39,763 nucleotides of DNA from Malacoraja senta (taxonomy: Eukaryota): assembly GCA_038087875.1 (NCBI GenBank), contig JAXLNO010000530.1:1-39763 (forward strand), written 5' to 3'. Both the position numbers and the translations under genes were made by a program. Under the pieces are notes generated by a model. The model worked only from the letters and a program-made list of their open reading frames with translations, made no database searches and was not told the origin of the DNA. Positions 21,701 to 34,247 of this stretch are shown here, piece after piece. Each line of letters opens with the position of its first letter. The stretch's first letter is position 1.

Positions 21701-22831
21701 GAAGAAATAGATCATCAACCAGACTGGTTAAAAATGGAAAAGGAAGATTGTTTACCTTTTGATATCGGTTCGATATTATTTGCTACGTCTAAATTAAACA
21801 AAAAAATTTATAGGGAAAACCCTATAATATTTAGTGCTATACGAATTTGGAAACAATTAAAAAAGACATTAAAATTAGATAATTTATCACTTTTTCTTCC
21901 AATTGTGAATAACCCTTTGTTTAAGCCTTCATGGTTGGACGGGGGTTTTACACAATGGAAGAATTATGGAATTAAAAATATGGGACAACTTTACAAGGAA
22001 GGCACCTTTCTGACATTTCAGGAGTTGCAACAGACTTATGGACTTCGAGGAAATGATTATTTCCGATATCTTCAACTTAGAGATTATGTAAAATCGAACT
22101 CTCAAAATTTTCGAATTAGAAATTCAGAAATTCTTGATGAATGTTGGAACAAACATCCTAATACAGAAAAATTAATATCTTATATATATAATATCTTATT
22201 AGACAGTGACATTCCTTCGACGGACTTACACAGACAAACATGGGAAAAAGAATTAAATCAAGTAATAACGAAAGATACTTGGGAAGAAAGTTTGCAACAC
22301 ATACATCAGTGTTCACTAAACGCCAGACATTCTCTAATATAATTTAAAGTAATACATAGGTTACATTATTCAAAAACAAAACTACATAAAATTTTTCAAC
22401 ATATCTCACCTATATGTGATAAATGTCAACATTTAGAAGCTACATTATCTCATATGTTTACAAACTGTATAAAAATTAAATAATTCTGGGTAAACATTTT
22501 CAGTATAATATCTAAAGTAACCAGCACACAATTGGACCCAGATCCAAAATTAATAATACTCGGAATATTAGAATTAAATCAAACATTTAGAACAACACAA
22601 AGAAACTTTATTGATTATAGTTTAATAACAGGAAAAAAATTAATTCTAAAATTTTGGAAAGGCCCTACGGCCCCCACAATCAAAATGTGGATTATAGAAA
22701 TGACGGAGACCTTAAACGTGGAAAGAATCAGATTTTCCCTGTTGGACAAACAGGAATTATTCGTAGGAACATGGTCTCCTTTTATTGATTACTTAAAGGG
22801 TCAGAATAGTTCAGCACAGGAACCTGATTAG
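18775..22831 (+). pseudogene. L1-A ORF2 (EN, RT, CCHC), disrupted by a CR1 insertion and two stops
   Basis: Contains SWNVKG, LQETH, GGDFN, SDH, RQGCPLSP, YADD and CDKC...SHMFTNC. In-frame TAA codons at 22340-22342 and about 22480. Confidence 0.9.
20400..20646 (+). mobile_element. CR1 3'-end fragment (about 247 bp) inserted into L1-A ORF2
   Basis: Nearly identical to about 15135-15385. It splits the L1 motif YRAIAL|NTDQKIL. Confidence 0.95.
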
Positions 22832-23013
22832 CACTCGGGCTAAAGAATGGATGAAATGCTATACTCTGAAATGTACGAATATATCTCGAATGAAGTTTTT
22901 TATTTTAATAAATTTTTCCATTCTTCTTTAACTATCTTTCTCCTTTTTTATTTTTTTATTTTTCTTCTCTTTCTTTTCTTTCTTAAAAATAAAATAATAA
23001 AAAAAAACAAAAA

Positions 23014-23029
23014 ACAAATAGGGTCAAGA
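23014..23029 (+). repeat. Right target-site duplication of L1-A
   Basis: ACAAATAGGGTCAAGA directly after the A-rich tail. Confidence 0.93.
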
Positions 23030-23735
23030 ACCTGCACCAGGCCTGTGAGGGAAGAGGATGAATTGCCAATATATAGCAATCGGGGAGGGATAGGACAGAG
23101 GCTGGTAGATCAAACGTAGAACCAGGTGGGGAGAGGATAATGGGTAGATGGAAACAGGTAGGAGAGGAGGAGGAAGAGGTGAACAACAGGAGAATAAACT
23201 GTTCAAATGAGACAGAGGTTCACTTGCACCTCTATCAACTTTCTCTACTGCATTCATTGCTCACACTGTGGAGAAACTAGCTTAGATGTCAACCATTTTG
23301 TACAGCACATCCCTTTGAAGTAAAGATCATCCTGAGATCTGTTGTATGGTATTTTAATACCCCTTCCCACTCTCACACTCACCCATCTGTCGTTAACCTT
23401 GGGCACAGAAAGTTTTAAGTAAAATATCTGATAATCCACCTGGGTAACTTACAAGCCGATGGTATGAATATAAAGTTTTCACATTTCAGCTTATCCATAC
23501 CACTGGTGTTCATTTGTTCTCCCACAACCACCCATACACCAACTTTGCTCCATCTGCCCATCATCCCCTCCCCAGCTGATTCCACCTGCCACTTACCAGC
23601 CTCTGCCCCATTCCTCCTTCAAACTGTTAGAATCTTCCCATCCTCTCCTTCAATTCTAATGCAGTGCCTTGCCTTGAAATGTTGGTATATGTCATTTGCC
23701 TCCACAGATGCTGTTTGACCAAGTACTTCCACTGG
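23030..23735 (+). mobile_element. Penelope-like element relic: inverted pseudo-LTR piece (23030-23200), GIY-YIG C-terminus and 3' region (23201-23735)
   Basis: From 23201 it reads VQMRQRFTCTSINFLYCIHCSHCG, and later IIHLGNLQADGMNIKFSHF. A pyrimidine-rich 3' region follows, ending CCACAGATGCTG. The segment 23030-23200 is a reverse-complement homologue of that 3' region. Confidence 0.7.
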
Positions 23736-23799
23736 CCTTTCTTTAGTCTAAAATTCTTGTTGGAAATAACCACAAAGTCTTACTCTATCTATAATTGAA

Positions 23800-24790
23800 A
23801 CCATTTAATTGGTGCTTAGAGAGCTTTCTAAAATCATGAGGGCGATTGATCAGGATTTATTTTACCCAGGGTAGGGTAATCAAGAACCGGCAAAAACAGG
23901 TTTAAGCAGTATTCAATGCTAATTTTTTAGGTGTCGGAGCTGTCAAACGGGCATTTCAGATTTTGCTGGGGGGGGGGGGGCAAGCTAGTCTCCCTAGAGG
24001 GTCAAACAAGATTATAGCCTATTACTACATCCCAGTGTATAGCTAGTACATTAAAACATATAATACTTAATTTAATTATGACAAAATATTGCACGGTTGC
24101 ACTCACTGATTATCATGAAATATAATTATGAAGCAAGTAAAGAAAAATACGGTTATCATGTCTTTTTACAGAGGTGCCGGCAAGACACCGACTCGCCCTG
24201 ACTATCCTGCAGCTCTGGGCCTTCACACACACACACACTCTCACCCTCACACCCATTCACCTACACACCCACCCACTCACCCACTCACCCACCAGAGTTC
24301 CAGGCTCAGCTCCAGGCCCACAACCACAAACTATGCACACATCACATGGTCTGTCTCTGCTGCATCATAGTGTTCCCTCCTCCTACAGGGAACCTCAGTA
24401 GTGATGGATCTTCCCCTTACCCCTCTTTTAATCAGGTTACCCCGACCACACATCCGCTAGTTAAAATTCCACGCTGTTTATTTTTTCTTTAACAGAGGTG
24501 CCGGATCGGTGCTCAGGTGAGCTCCAGCAGCACTGCACCCCTGGGTTTAAGGTGAGGAGGAGGATTAAGTAGGAACCTGAGAGGCAACCTTTTCTACTAA
24601 GAGGTTACTGGGTGTATGGAATGAGCTGCCAGCGAAGGCAGAATAACAACATTGAATAGACACTTGGACAGGTACATGGATAGAACATGTTGAGAGGAAT
24701 GTGGGCCAAACACTGGCAAATGTGACTAACCTAAATGTAGCATCTTGTTCAGCTTGGAGCATTAGGCTGAAGTACCTACTTCCATGCTAT
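23800..24790 (+). mobile_element. Old CR1 3' fragment split by a DNA-transposon insertion
   Basis: AACAGGTTTAAG (23906) resumes as GGTTTAAGGTGAGG (24544) and continues to a CR1-like end. Confidence 0.65.
23907..24543. mobile_element. hAT-like non-autonomous DNA transposon (637 bp)
   Basis: Exact 8-bp TSD GGTTTAAG (23899-23906 and 24544-24551). The termini are CAG...CTG with imperfect inverted ends (CAGTATTCAATGCT vs CAGGGGTGCAGTGCT). Confidence 0.7.
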
Positions 24791-25702
24791 ATGGCTCTAT
24801 GACTCTTTGTTAGATGAACATAAACATGGCAAATGGAGTTTAATAATGGAAAATATGTGCTCACACACTCTGGTAAGAGCAATTAAAAGGAAGCTATTAT
24901 CTAAATGGAGTGAGATAGCAAATGAGTGGAGTACAAGAGATTCAAGTGCTTAAAGTGCAAAACAAAAAGCCAGCAGGTAGATGCAGCACACAACGCAGAA
25001 TGTGATTAGCATATTGGCGTTCAAAGTAGGTTACTATTGTAATTATGGTACATGATGTTGCTAAGGACATATCAGGAGCACTGTGCACAGCTTGGTCCTC
25101 AAATTTAAGAAAGGATATATTAATATTGGATATCAGCTAGAAGAGATTTCTGGAATAAGCAAGTATTGCCTAACCATGAATGGCTGAAATCACTGGTTCT
25201 GTGTCCCTTGTAGATGAGAAGAAACAGAGTTAACCTTATGAATGTATTAAAGAGGCATGATGTGGTGGTGAATTGATGGATAATGCGTGGATATATTCTA
25301 AAAGACCAGGGAATTGTGTCTTATGTGGAATAAGCACAGTAAAGGAGTTGAGGCCTCAGTTATATCAGCTGTTATCAACATAAATTGCTAGATAGCTCTA
25401 ATTTGTACAAATGCAGGGCAGTCTATTGAGAATTTCTGTCATGTTTGATAAACTTAATTTAACTCTTTCCATTTATTTCAGTTCCTGCATTTTAATCACA
25501 TCCATGAAATCTTCTACTCAGCGATTGGTTAGCAGTGCACGTTCTGCTTTGGTTGAATATTTTGATAATCTGAGGAGGGAAATTAAATATTAGACAACAA
25601 AGAAATGGCATAGCAGAGAACAGAACTCAGAAAGATGGAACTAGTTTATTTGCTTTAACTGTTGATTCATCCCACATAACATCTTCCGTCCAGATATAAA
25701 GG

Positions 25703-25943
25703 CACAGCGCCAGACACCTGGGTTTGATCCTGACCACGGGTGATGTCTGTACGGAATTTGTACCTTCTCCCTGTGACTGCATAGGTTTTCTCCAGGTGCT
25801 CCAGTTTCCTCCCACATTCCAAAGACAGATGTGCAGGTTTGTAGGTTAATTGACTTGTGTCCCTAGCTTATGTGGGTGATCGTTGGTTGGTGCGGACTCA
25901 GTGGGGCCGAAGTGTGTTTCAATGCTCTCTCTCTAAACTAAAC
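25703..25943 (+). mobile_element. HE1-like V-SINE (head truncated)
   Basis: B-box-like GGGTTTGATCCTGA, V-domain GGTGCTCCAGTTTCCTCCCACA and CTAAACTAAAC tail. Confidence 0.8.
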
Positions 25944-26009
25944 AAAAAACTCAATACTCCTTCAAATAGTTTCGTTCACACAAGTTCTATGTTATCTAAC
26001 TTTCGCTTC

Positions 26010-26198
26010 CACACTAGGGTCAAATTACAGAGACCAATTAACCCATAACACCTGGCATCTTTAGTATGTGTGTGAAAACTGGAGGACAGTGGAAACCCAT
26101 AGGGAATACATGCAAACTTCACACAGCCGACAAACGAGGTTAGGATTGAACTGATGTGTATGACGCACTGAGGCAGCAGCTCTATCAGCAGCGCCACT
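26010..26198 (-). mobile_element. HE1-like V-SINE, decayed
   Basis: Minus-strand head AGTGGCGCTGCTGATAGAGCTGCTGCCTCA followed by a V-domain relic. Confidence 0.7.
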
Positions 26199-26807
26199 CT
26201 GCCTCAGGTTGTGTCATGTTCAGCACAAACATTGTTGGACAAAGGACCTGTTCCTCTATTACAGGGGCATTCCCATTCACCGTAAAATTCAGCGAACTCA
26301 GCACCATTGGGTCACTGGAAATATTCCCTGCCTGACCATCAGATCCCTCCAGATCAGTCGGACAGACACCAGTTAGGCAGCATCTGCCTGCAAATGATTC
26401 ATGTCCCTCAAACCCCTCCATCTCCATGCACCACGAAGGTGCACCCCAGACGCCACCATCCCTGGCAGTGCTTTCCAGGCACACACCACATAGTATGTAA
26501 TAAAAACTTGCCCTTTTAAAAACTGCAGCTTCTACCCTGCACTGAATATAATGCAATAATTTAAATGCCATAGTAGGCATTTAGTTAATTGGGATAATTT
26601 TAGTCAATTGGGAGGTGTGATTGCAAATCTTGTACAATATCATAAACCAAGTAAAATGTGACAAAGTCAAAATGGCCAGGCACAAAGAACAGAATAATCA
26701 TGAACATCAATAACATGTCAATAACTAGACTCTCCTAGTGGCAGCATGCTGTAAGGTTGCAAACTCGTTTGCTCCCTTAACTTTTAACTTCCACTGACCA
26801 CTCTTTC

Positions 26808-27240
26808 AATCAATCAATCAATCAATCAGTCAACCTTTATTGTCATCTTGCAAGCAACAGTTGTACAGTGCAAAATGAAAAGACGTTTCCCACGGAATAC
26901 CGGAGCATCGCACATGAAATTTAAAACATTTCACACATAATAACACTAAAAACAATCCAGTCCCTGATGGAACAGTATAAATAGTTAAAACGTAGGTAAA
27001 AACAACGTTAAAATACAGTAAAACATAAACAATCATAAACATGACCGGGTCAGCTGATTTGAGTGGCCAGTGCCAGTTATTGAAGTGGCCAGTGCCAGTT
27101 ATTAAAGTGTCCGTGCCAAGCCGCAGAATCAGGTGACTGTGAGTACAGAGTGGCTGTTTAGCAGCCTCACAGCATATGGCAGGAAGCTGTTTAGCAGTCT
27201 TGTAGTCCGGGCTTTGATGCTGCGATATCTCTTGCCTGAT
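26808..27240 (-). mobile_element. Rex1/Babar-type LINE 3' fragment with (TTGA)n tail
   Basis: (TCAA)n at 26808-26830, then TTTATTG and a Rex-like coding end (CCTGATATC.../GGAAGCTGTTTAGCAG). Confidence 0.6.
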
Positions 27241-27335
27241 ATCACTACCCTTTCAATGTTACTGGTGACTATTTGACTTCAAGACACCGTCTAACTGTTC
27301 ATAAAGTGTTGATAACACTTTTACACGCCTTAATC

Positions 27336-28200
27336 ATGAAAAGGATGGAGACAAGAAGGAAAGGAGGATCCCCAAAGAAGGAACTGGGGAAAGCCACAAC
27401 CACAGCTGCAGCTTCTGAATCCAGCATCATAGAAGCAATATCGAAAATGAACGATGAATTGAAAAATGAGCTGAAAAATGAAATGAAAACAAGATTTGGC
27501 AGTTTGGAAGAAATGGTGAAAGGAGTTTCGACCAAATTGAAGGAAGTCCAAGGAAAACTGTCTTTGTTACAAGATGAACTTCGTGAACAAAAGGATCAAA
27601 TTGATATCTTGCGCACCCTGGGACAGGAGAGAGATTTGAAGATTGAAAAATTGGAACGGAGAATGAATGAAAACACTTCAGCAATACAAGTCTAAAAATA
27701 TGGACTGAGAAAACAGAAGTTGTCGTTTGAATTGACGAATTGTTGGTTTGCCGGAAGGCCAAGAAGGAAATAACGTTATAAAATATGCTTCTAAAATGAT
27801 AAAGGAAACATTCAACATTGAGCACAATGAAAACCTTCCGTTCATGGATAAGGCACACAGGATTGGGAAGAGATCCGGTAATAAACCGAGACACTTGATC
27901 ATTCGGTTTCATTTTTTTCAAATGAAGGAGAATATTCTCCTGGCAGCAAAAAAGTTTGGTGTGGTTGAATATGAAGGATGTAAGTTTCGGTTTGTCCCTG
28001 ATTATAGTTACGAGCTTTTGGAAATAAGAAAGACATTTTATAATGTAATGTCTGATTTGTATAAGAAAAACTGCGCCCAGCTTTATTATCACCAGCTAGA
28101 TTGCGTATTCGGCTTTTCAATGTTAACTTTCGATTTTTTAACAGTCCTCAAGACGCCTCCAGCTTTCTGAAGAGCTACGACGAGGAAGGGGAGTAATTGA
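27336..28200 (+). pseudogene. L1-B ORF1, frameshifted
   Basis: Coiled-coil ORF (ATG at 27336) followed by PEGQEG...KAHRIG...FVPDYS in another frame (27748..28170). Confidence 0.8.
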
Positions 28201-28767
28201 TAGCTGATTAAGTTATAATTGGAGATTTACTGTTCCTATTTTGACAACATTTCGTTGGGTAATGATTAAGAATTTAACTGGACGAGTTGTTTTTCTTTTA
28301 TATATATTCTTTTAAGAATTTCTTTGTTAATTCGTGTTCCCCTGTCGTTAGACAAACTAAGAGAACGCAGTTCTTGTTTTTCATATCTTGACCTTGGATA
28401 ATAATAAGCAGCATTCCATGCCAGTCTGTATTTTTTTCTTCTTCTCTCTCAAAGAGATAATAACGAATGTGTTATGACGTAGTGGTTAAATATTATTCTT
28501 TTTATGCTGAGCGCTGTTACTGGGAGAGATGGGATTGGGGAGGGGATTAGGTAGTTTGCTGACTGTCTTTTGGTCAGTTTCGGGTTCTACAGGGGTGGGA
28601 GGGGGAAAGGGGGAGGGGTCTTTTGTTCCCTATTTAGTGATCTCCATTTGTGCAAATTCTGAACTACAAAATTGGCTGAAATGTCGTCACCTGGCTCCGC
28701 CCTAGATTTTTCTTCTTCCAGTATTATGAACTTTTAGGCTTCAAGAAATTAACCCATTACATCCCAC

Positions 28768-31700
28768 ATGATTTATACAAGCAATATGGATAAAGTTACT
28801 AATTTCCTTTCATGGAATGTGAATGGCTTGAACCATCCCATTAAGAGGATTTTTAAAAAAAAGGTTCTTCACAGACTAAATGCTCAGATTATCTTTGTTC
28901 AGGAAACTCATGTAAGGCAAGATGACAAGTCACGATTTTTCAAGTTTTGGAGAGGACAGCAGTTTCATTCAAATTCACAGGCTAAGGTGAAAGGAGTCTA
29001 TATTTTTATTGACTCCTCAATTCCGTTTGTTCACCATGAAACAATTTCTGATCCATATGGCAGATTCTTGGTGATTACCGGTGTCCTTTATAGGCAAAAT
29101 GTCGCTATGGTGAATGTCTATGCACCAAATATTGATCACCCTGAGTTTTTTAAACAGTTAATTGCATCCTTTCCTAACTTAAATGAACACTTTTTAATAA
29201 TGGGTGGAGACTTCAATTGCTGTTTGAATCCCTCGATTGATAGGTCTACATCTGATCATGTGCTTCCAAATAAATCAGCTAATTTTATTAATTCTTTTTT
29301 ACTTGACTCGGGAATGTTAGAAATTTGGAGATTCTTACACCCAAATGACAAAGAATTTTCATTTTTCTCTCATGTATATCATAGTTATTCTAATATCGAC
29401 TATTTTATACTAGATTCTCGGCTAGTTCCATTGGTCATTGCATGTGAGTATGATGCAATTGCTATTTCTGATCATGCACCAGTGAAACTATTGATCAAAC
29501 TACCTGATTCCAAGTTTAGTGCTAAACAATGGCGATTTAATGCTACTTTGCTTCAAGATTTAAACTTTATTAAGTTTATGAAAGATCAGATTGCTTTTTA
29601 CTTCTTGACAAACTCTAATGAAGAGATATCCAATGGTATAGTTTGGGATGCTTTTAAGGCATATATTCGTGGACAAATTATTTCATACTCCGCGGGATTA
29701 AAAAAACAAACACAAAAAGAAATACGCACATTGGCTGACGAGATTAAAGAAATTGATAAAAAATATTCAAAAGCTCCTAGTTTAGAGCTCTATAAGAATA
29801 GAGTTGAACTTCAATTGAGATATGATTTGTTATTAGTATCACCGATTGAGAACCAGTTACTTAAAACCAAAAGTCAATTTTATATAAATGGCGAAAAATC
29901 TGGTAAATTACTTGCTAATCAATTGAGGCAGTGTCGGCCAAGCGTCAGATTACTAAAGTGAGTAAACGGGATGGTACAGTAACTGTAGACCATGACGAAA
30001 TTAATAAATCCTTTCAGGAATTTTATACCTCCCTATCCCAATCAGATTTTCATACTGATTCCAATATAATGCATGGGTTTTTAAAGAAACTGAACTTACC
30101 AAATTTACCATACAATGAGTCTCTGTTGTTAGATGAACCCATCACGGAAGAAGAAATACAGAAAGCAATTTTTTCAATGACTTCTGGTAAAGCTCCCAGT
30201 TTAGATGGGTTTACAGTAGAATTTTTAAAGTATTTCTCAAATTTATTGTCTCCATGGCTATGCAAGGTATTCAAAGATGCCTTTTTAAGGAATAGATTAC
30301 CACAATCTTTTTATGAAGCTTCTATTTCTTTAATTTAAAAAAAGATAAAGCCCCTACTGAAGTGACATCATATAGACCTATATCAATGTGAAATGTAGAT
30401 TTGAAAATTCGTTCCTAAATATTACCTATGAGATTGGAAAAGATTTTACCGCAAATTATCTCTGAAGATCAGACAGGTTTTATTAAAAATCGTTACACAT
30501 TCTTTAATGTTAGGAGACTAATAAATATTGTATATACAGCGTCTAATAAAACCCCAGAATGTGTCATCTCTCTTGATGCCGAGAAGGCTATTGATAGAGT
30601 AGAATGGAATACTTATTCAATATACTTGAAAAAGTTAAGATTGGTCCAAAATGTATCTCTTGGATCAAGCTGATATATCTTATACCTCAGGCTTCTGTAT
30701 TTACTAATAATCAGAGATCCCCTTTTTTCAGGCTCTTTCAAGGTACGAGACAGGGCTATCCCTTAAGTCCTTTAATATTTGATATTGCTTTGGAAACTTT
30801 AGCCACTGCTATTAGGGAATCCCCTAATATTTTTGGTATTGTCCGCGGGAATAAGACACATAAGCTATCTCTTTATGCAGATGATCTGTTATTATTTATT
30901 TCTAACCCTGAGAAATCTATTCCGGCAATAGAAGCATTACTTAATCAATTAAATAGTTTTTCTGGTTATAAACTAAATCTTAGTAAGAGTGAGCTTTCCC
31001 ATTAAATAATTTTGTTTCGAGTTATGGACAGCTTCCATTTAGATTGACTACCGAAAGTTTTACTTATTTAGGTATTAAGATCACCAAGAAACACAAGGAT
31101 TTATTTAAAGTTAATTTTATTACTTTAATTGACCATATTAAACATCAGTTCACTAAATGGTCACCAATGTCCTTATCCTTAATTGGCCGAATCAATGCTA
31201 TTAAAATGTTCATTTTACCTAAATTTCTGTATTTATTTCAGACGATACCAATTTTTATTGCCAAATCTTTCTTTGATATTATAGACTCTAAAATTTCTTC
31301 ATATATATGGCAGAATAAAAATCCCAGACTAGGTAAAAAATACCTACAGAAATCAAAAAAAGTTGGTGGTTTGGCATTGCCGAACCTTAGACTCTACTAT
31401 TGGGCAGTCAATGTTCGTTATTTAACATTTTGGACAAAAGATTTAGAAGATACCCAATGCCCTGGATGGATAAACCTAGAATGTGATTCCTTACAAGGTC
31501 TATAATTGGCTTCTATTCTAGGGGCCTCGTTACCTTTTACAATTACGAGATTGAATAAATATATGATGAACCCAATAATAAGACATACGTTCCGAATACG
31601 GTTTCAATTTCATACGTTTTTTGGACGATCTGATTTTATCCAAATATCTCTTCCAACCATCTAGTACTGATCAAGTTTTTTTGTTATGGAAGAGGAAGGG

Positions 31701-32520
31701 ATTAGTAGCTTTTCGTAATTTGTTTTTGGAGGGTTGTTTTATGTCTTTCGAACAACTCTCCAATAAATATAACTTACCTAATTCACACTTTTTTAGATAT
31801 TTACAAATTAGACAAAAGGAACTACCACATCAACCCGAAATTTTGGAATTTTTTTTACAGTTGAACCCTTATCAGAAAGGATTAATAACGACTAATCATG
31901 AGTTGATTTTAAAATTGCAAATAGATACATTTGATAAAATTAAGAATGACTGGGAAAGAGAACTCCAAATTTCTTTATCTATAGAGAAATGGGAGAGGAT
32001 CCTTCAATTAGTTAATACCTCTTCAATGTGTGCAAGACACACTTTGATACAATTCAAGGTGGTCCACAGAGCTCATATGTCAAAAGATAAGTTAGCTCGT
32101 TTTTATGGTCATATAAATCCTACCTGTGACAGATGTAATTCTGAAGTGGCATCACTGACCCATATGTTTTGGTCCTGCCCTCTTTTGGAAAAATATTGGA
32201 AATACATTTTTGATTCTATTTCGGTAGTCTTAGGTATAGATTTACAACCTCATCCTATTACTGCAATGTTTGGGTTACCAATGTTAGATTCTATTCATTT
32301 GTCCCACTCCGCCCATCAGTTGATTGCTTTTACCACATTAATTGCCAGAAGATTTATTTTCTTTAAATGGAAAGATTCCAACCCTCCGACCGCACTCCAG
32401 TGGTATTCTGAAACAATATCATGTTTAAATTTAGAAAAAATCAGAAGTGACATTGTTGAACCCTTGGTTAAATTTGATAAGACTTGGGGAAAATTTATAG
32501 AACACTTTCATACAACATAA
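28768..32520 (+). pseudogene. L1-B ORF2, multiple frameshifts and stops
   Basis: Pieces contain SWNVNG, QETH, GGDFN, SDH, RQGYPLSP, YADD and CDRC...THMFWSC. Confidence 0.9.
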
Positions 32521-33007
32521 ATTGTTCCCTCTTTAACCTTTATAAAAATTATTTTACCTTCATAGGGTGGTACGGACTTGACGACAAACAGACTTAAATT
32601 GTTGAATTTCTCAGTTCAGATTCGGTTTTGCTCTGTTTTGTTTTATTTATTTATTTATTTTATTTGTATTCTTATTTTATTATTATCAATTTTTTATTTA
32701 TTTTTTTAGTTTAGGGGGGTTTTGTTTTTTCTTTTTCTTTTTGTCTTTTTATCTTTGCTTTTTTAAAACATTTATGTTTCCTTTTAAATATTTAACTACA
32801 TTTACATAAAGACCGAGAGGTCTATATTCAATGTGTATTTTGACACTGGTCTCATATTAGGTTATACCTGTTATTAATGTGTTTAATCCTGATCCCTATG
32901 TATCAATACCATTGTTATGTTTATCATTATTCTTTTTGCTCTGTTTTTTATGTTTTATTTTTGTTTTTGTTTTTTGGAAAAAAGCATTAAAAAGATTTTA
33001 AAGGAAA

Positions 33008-33520
33008 GGTATTGAATAAAAAAGTTGGGATGTTCTGCTACAGTTGTACAAGATGTTGGTGAGGCCACATTTGGAGTATTGTGTTAAGTTTTGGTCACTC
33101 CACTATCGGAAGGATGTCATTAACAGGGCCTGTGATTCAGGGAGAGGATGAGAATGCTTGGACTTTAGTCCTTGGCACGCAAGAGGCTGAGGGGTGATCT
33201 TATAGAAGTTTATAAAATCAAGGAGCATAGATAGATTGAATGCACAGAATCTTTTAACCAGCCTCGTGTAATCAAGAATTTAAGGTGAGAAGGAAACGAG
33301 TTACTCGGAACCAGAGGAAGTGGAAATATGGAAGAACATTCCAGGGGAAGGTTGAGGCAGGTATTAAAAAACATTTAGAGCACACTTGGACAGGTACATA
33401 CTGTAGATAGGAAAGGTTCAGTGAGATATGGGTCAATTGCAGGAAAATTGTAGTTTAAACATGGCATCTTGGTTGGCATGGCCAAGTTGAGGCAAAGGGC
33501 CCATTTCCATGCCGTATGAC
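33008..33520 (+). mobile_element. Old CR1 3' fragment
   Basis: GTGAGGCCACATTTGGAGTATTGTG...CTGAGGGGTGATCTTATAGAAG...GGGCCCATTTCC is homologous to the CR1 RT C-terminus and 3' UTR. Confidence 0.75.
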
Positions 33521-34074
33521 TCTATGGCTCCATGGGCTTGAAAAGCCAATTCTTTTCCGTTTCACTGCTAAATGATAGTTAATCACCCTCACTAATAGTG
33601 ACCACAATGGCAGACCCATGACCACAACTGGTTTACAGTGATAATAAGCTAACGATTGCCTCAGTTCAAATATGCATGTCGTTGATGTGCAATGACTAAA
33701 TTGTTGCTGCATTCTTAGTTTTGGCAAGGTTCTGATCTGGGTGTTGGAGCTGTTAGACATCTTGATACCATGAAAGCAGAACCTCCGTTTCCGGAAATAT
33801 ACTTGCTGAATGGTGTCTCAGACCAGCAATGCCAGGGAACATTGTATTTTGAAGAGGAAATATTACACAACCAAGGCCAAGTGCTCGAGAAAGCTGCACG
33901 TCTGTTATTTCAATGAAAACTCTGCTCTTCATCCATCTTGTCATTTTGATCACCCAGTTTAGTTTATAATATTGTATAACATTTGCAATCAATTCTCACA
34001 GTTTATGACATTGACAGCTGGCGTGAAGATGCATCAGTCAATACCTGTCTTCCAATTTAGTTTATTTAATAGAA

Positions 34075-34246
34075 AGATAGAAACATAAAAAAATAGGTGC
34101 AGGAATAGGCTATTCGGCCCTTTAAGCCAGCACCGCCATTCAATACAATCATGGCTGATCATCCAAAATTAATACTCCGATCTGGCTTTCCCCCCATATC
34201 CCTTGACTCCCTTAGCCCTAAGAGCTAAATCTAACTCTCTCTTGAA
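34075..34246 (-). mobile_element. CR1 extreme 3' end
   Basis: Reverse complement of the CR1 3' UTR (GATCAGCCATGAT...CCTATTCCTGCACCTATTTT). Confidence 0.8.
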
Positions 34247-34247
34247 A

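Larger units (their letters stand above)
16570..23013 (+). mobile_element. Full-length L1-clade LINE (L1-A), inactivated
   Basis: Starts GAGACTTCCGGT and contains ORF1, a 1-kb spacer, ORF2, a T-rich 3' UTR and an A-rich tail, all flanked by a 16-bp TSD. Confidence 0.93.
27241..33007 (+). mobile_element. Second L1-clade LINE (L1-B), decayed; the 5' UTR may extend to about 26735 beyond the Rex insertion
   Basis: Fragmented ORF1 and ORF2, a T-rich 3' UTR and an ATTAAAAAGATTTTAAAGGAAA end. No TSD was found. Confidence 0.88.

Noticed and set aside
18775-22342. Two separate genes (560 aa and 590 aa)
   Set aside because: They are one L1 ORF2 split by the CR1 insert; the end of the first and the start of the second are CR1-derived.
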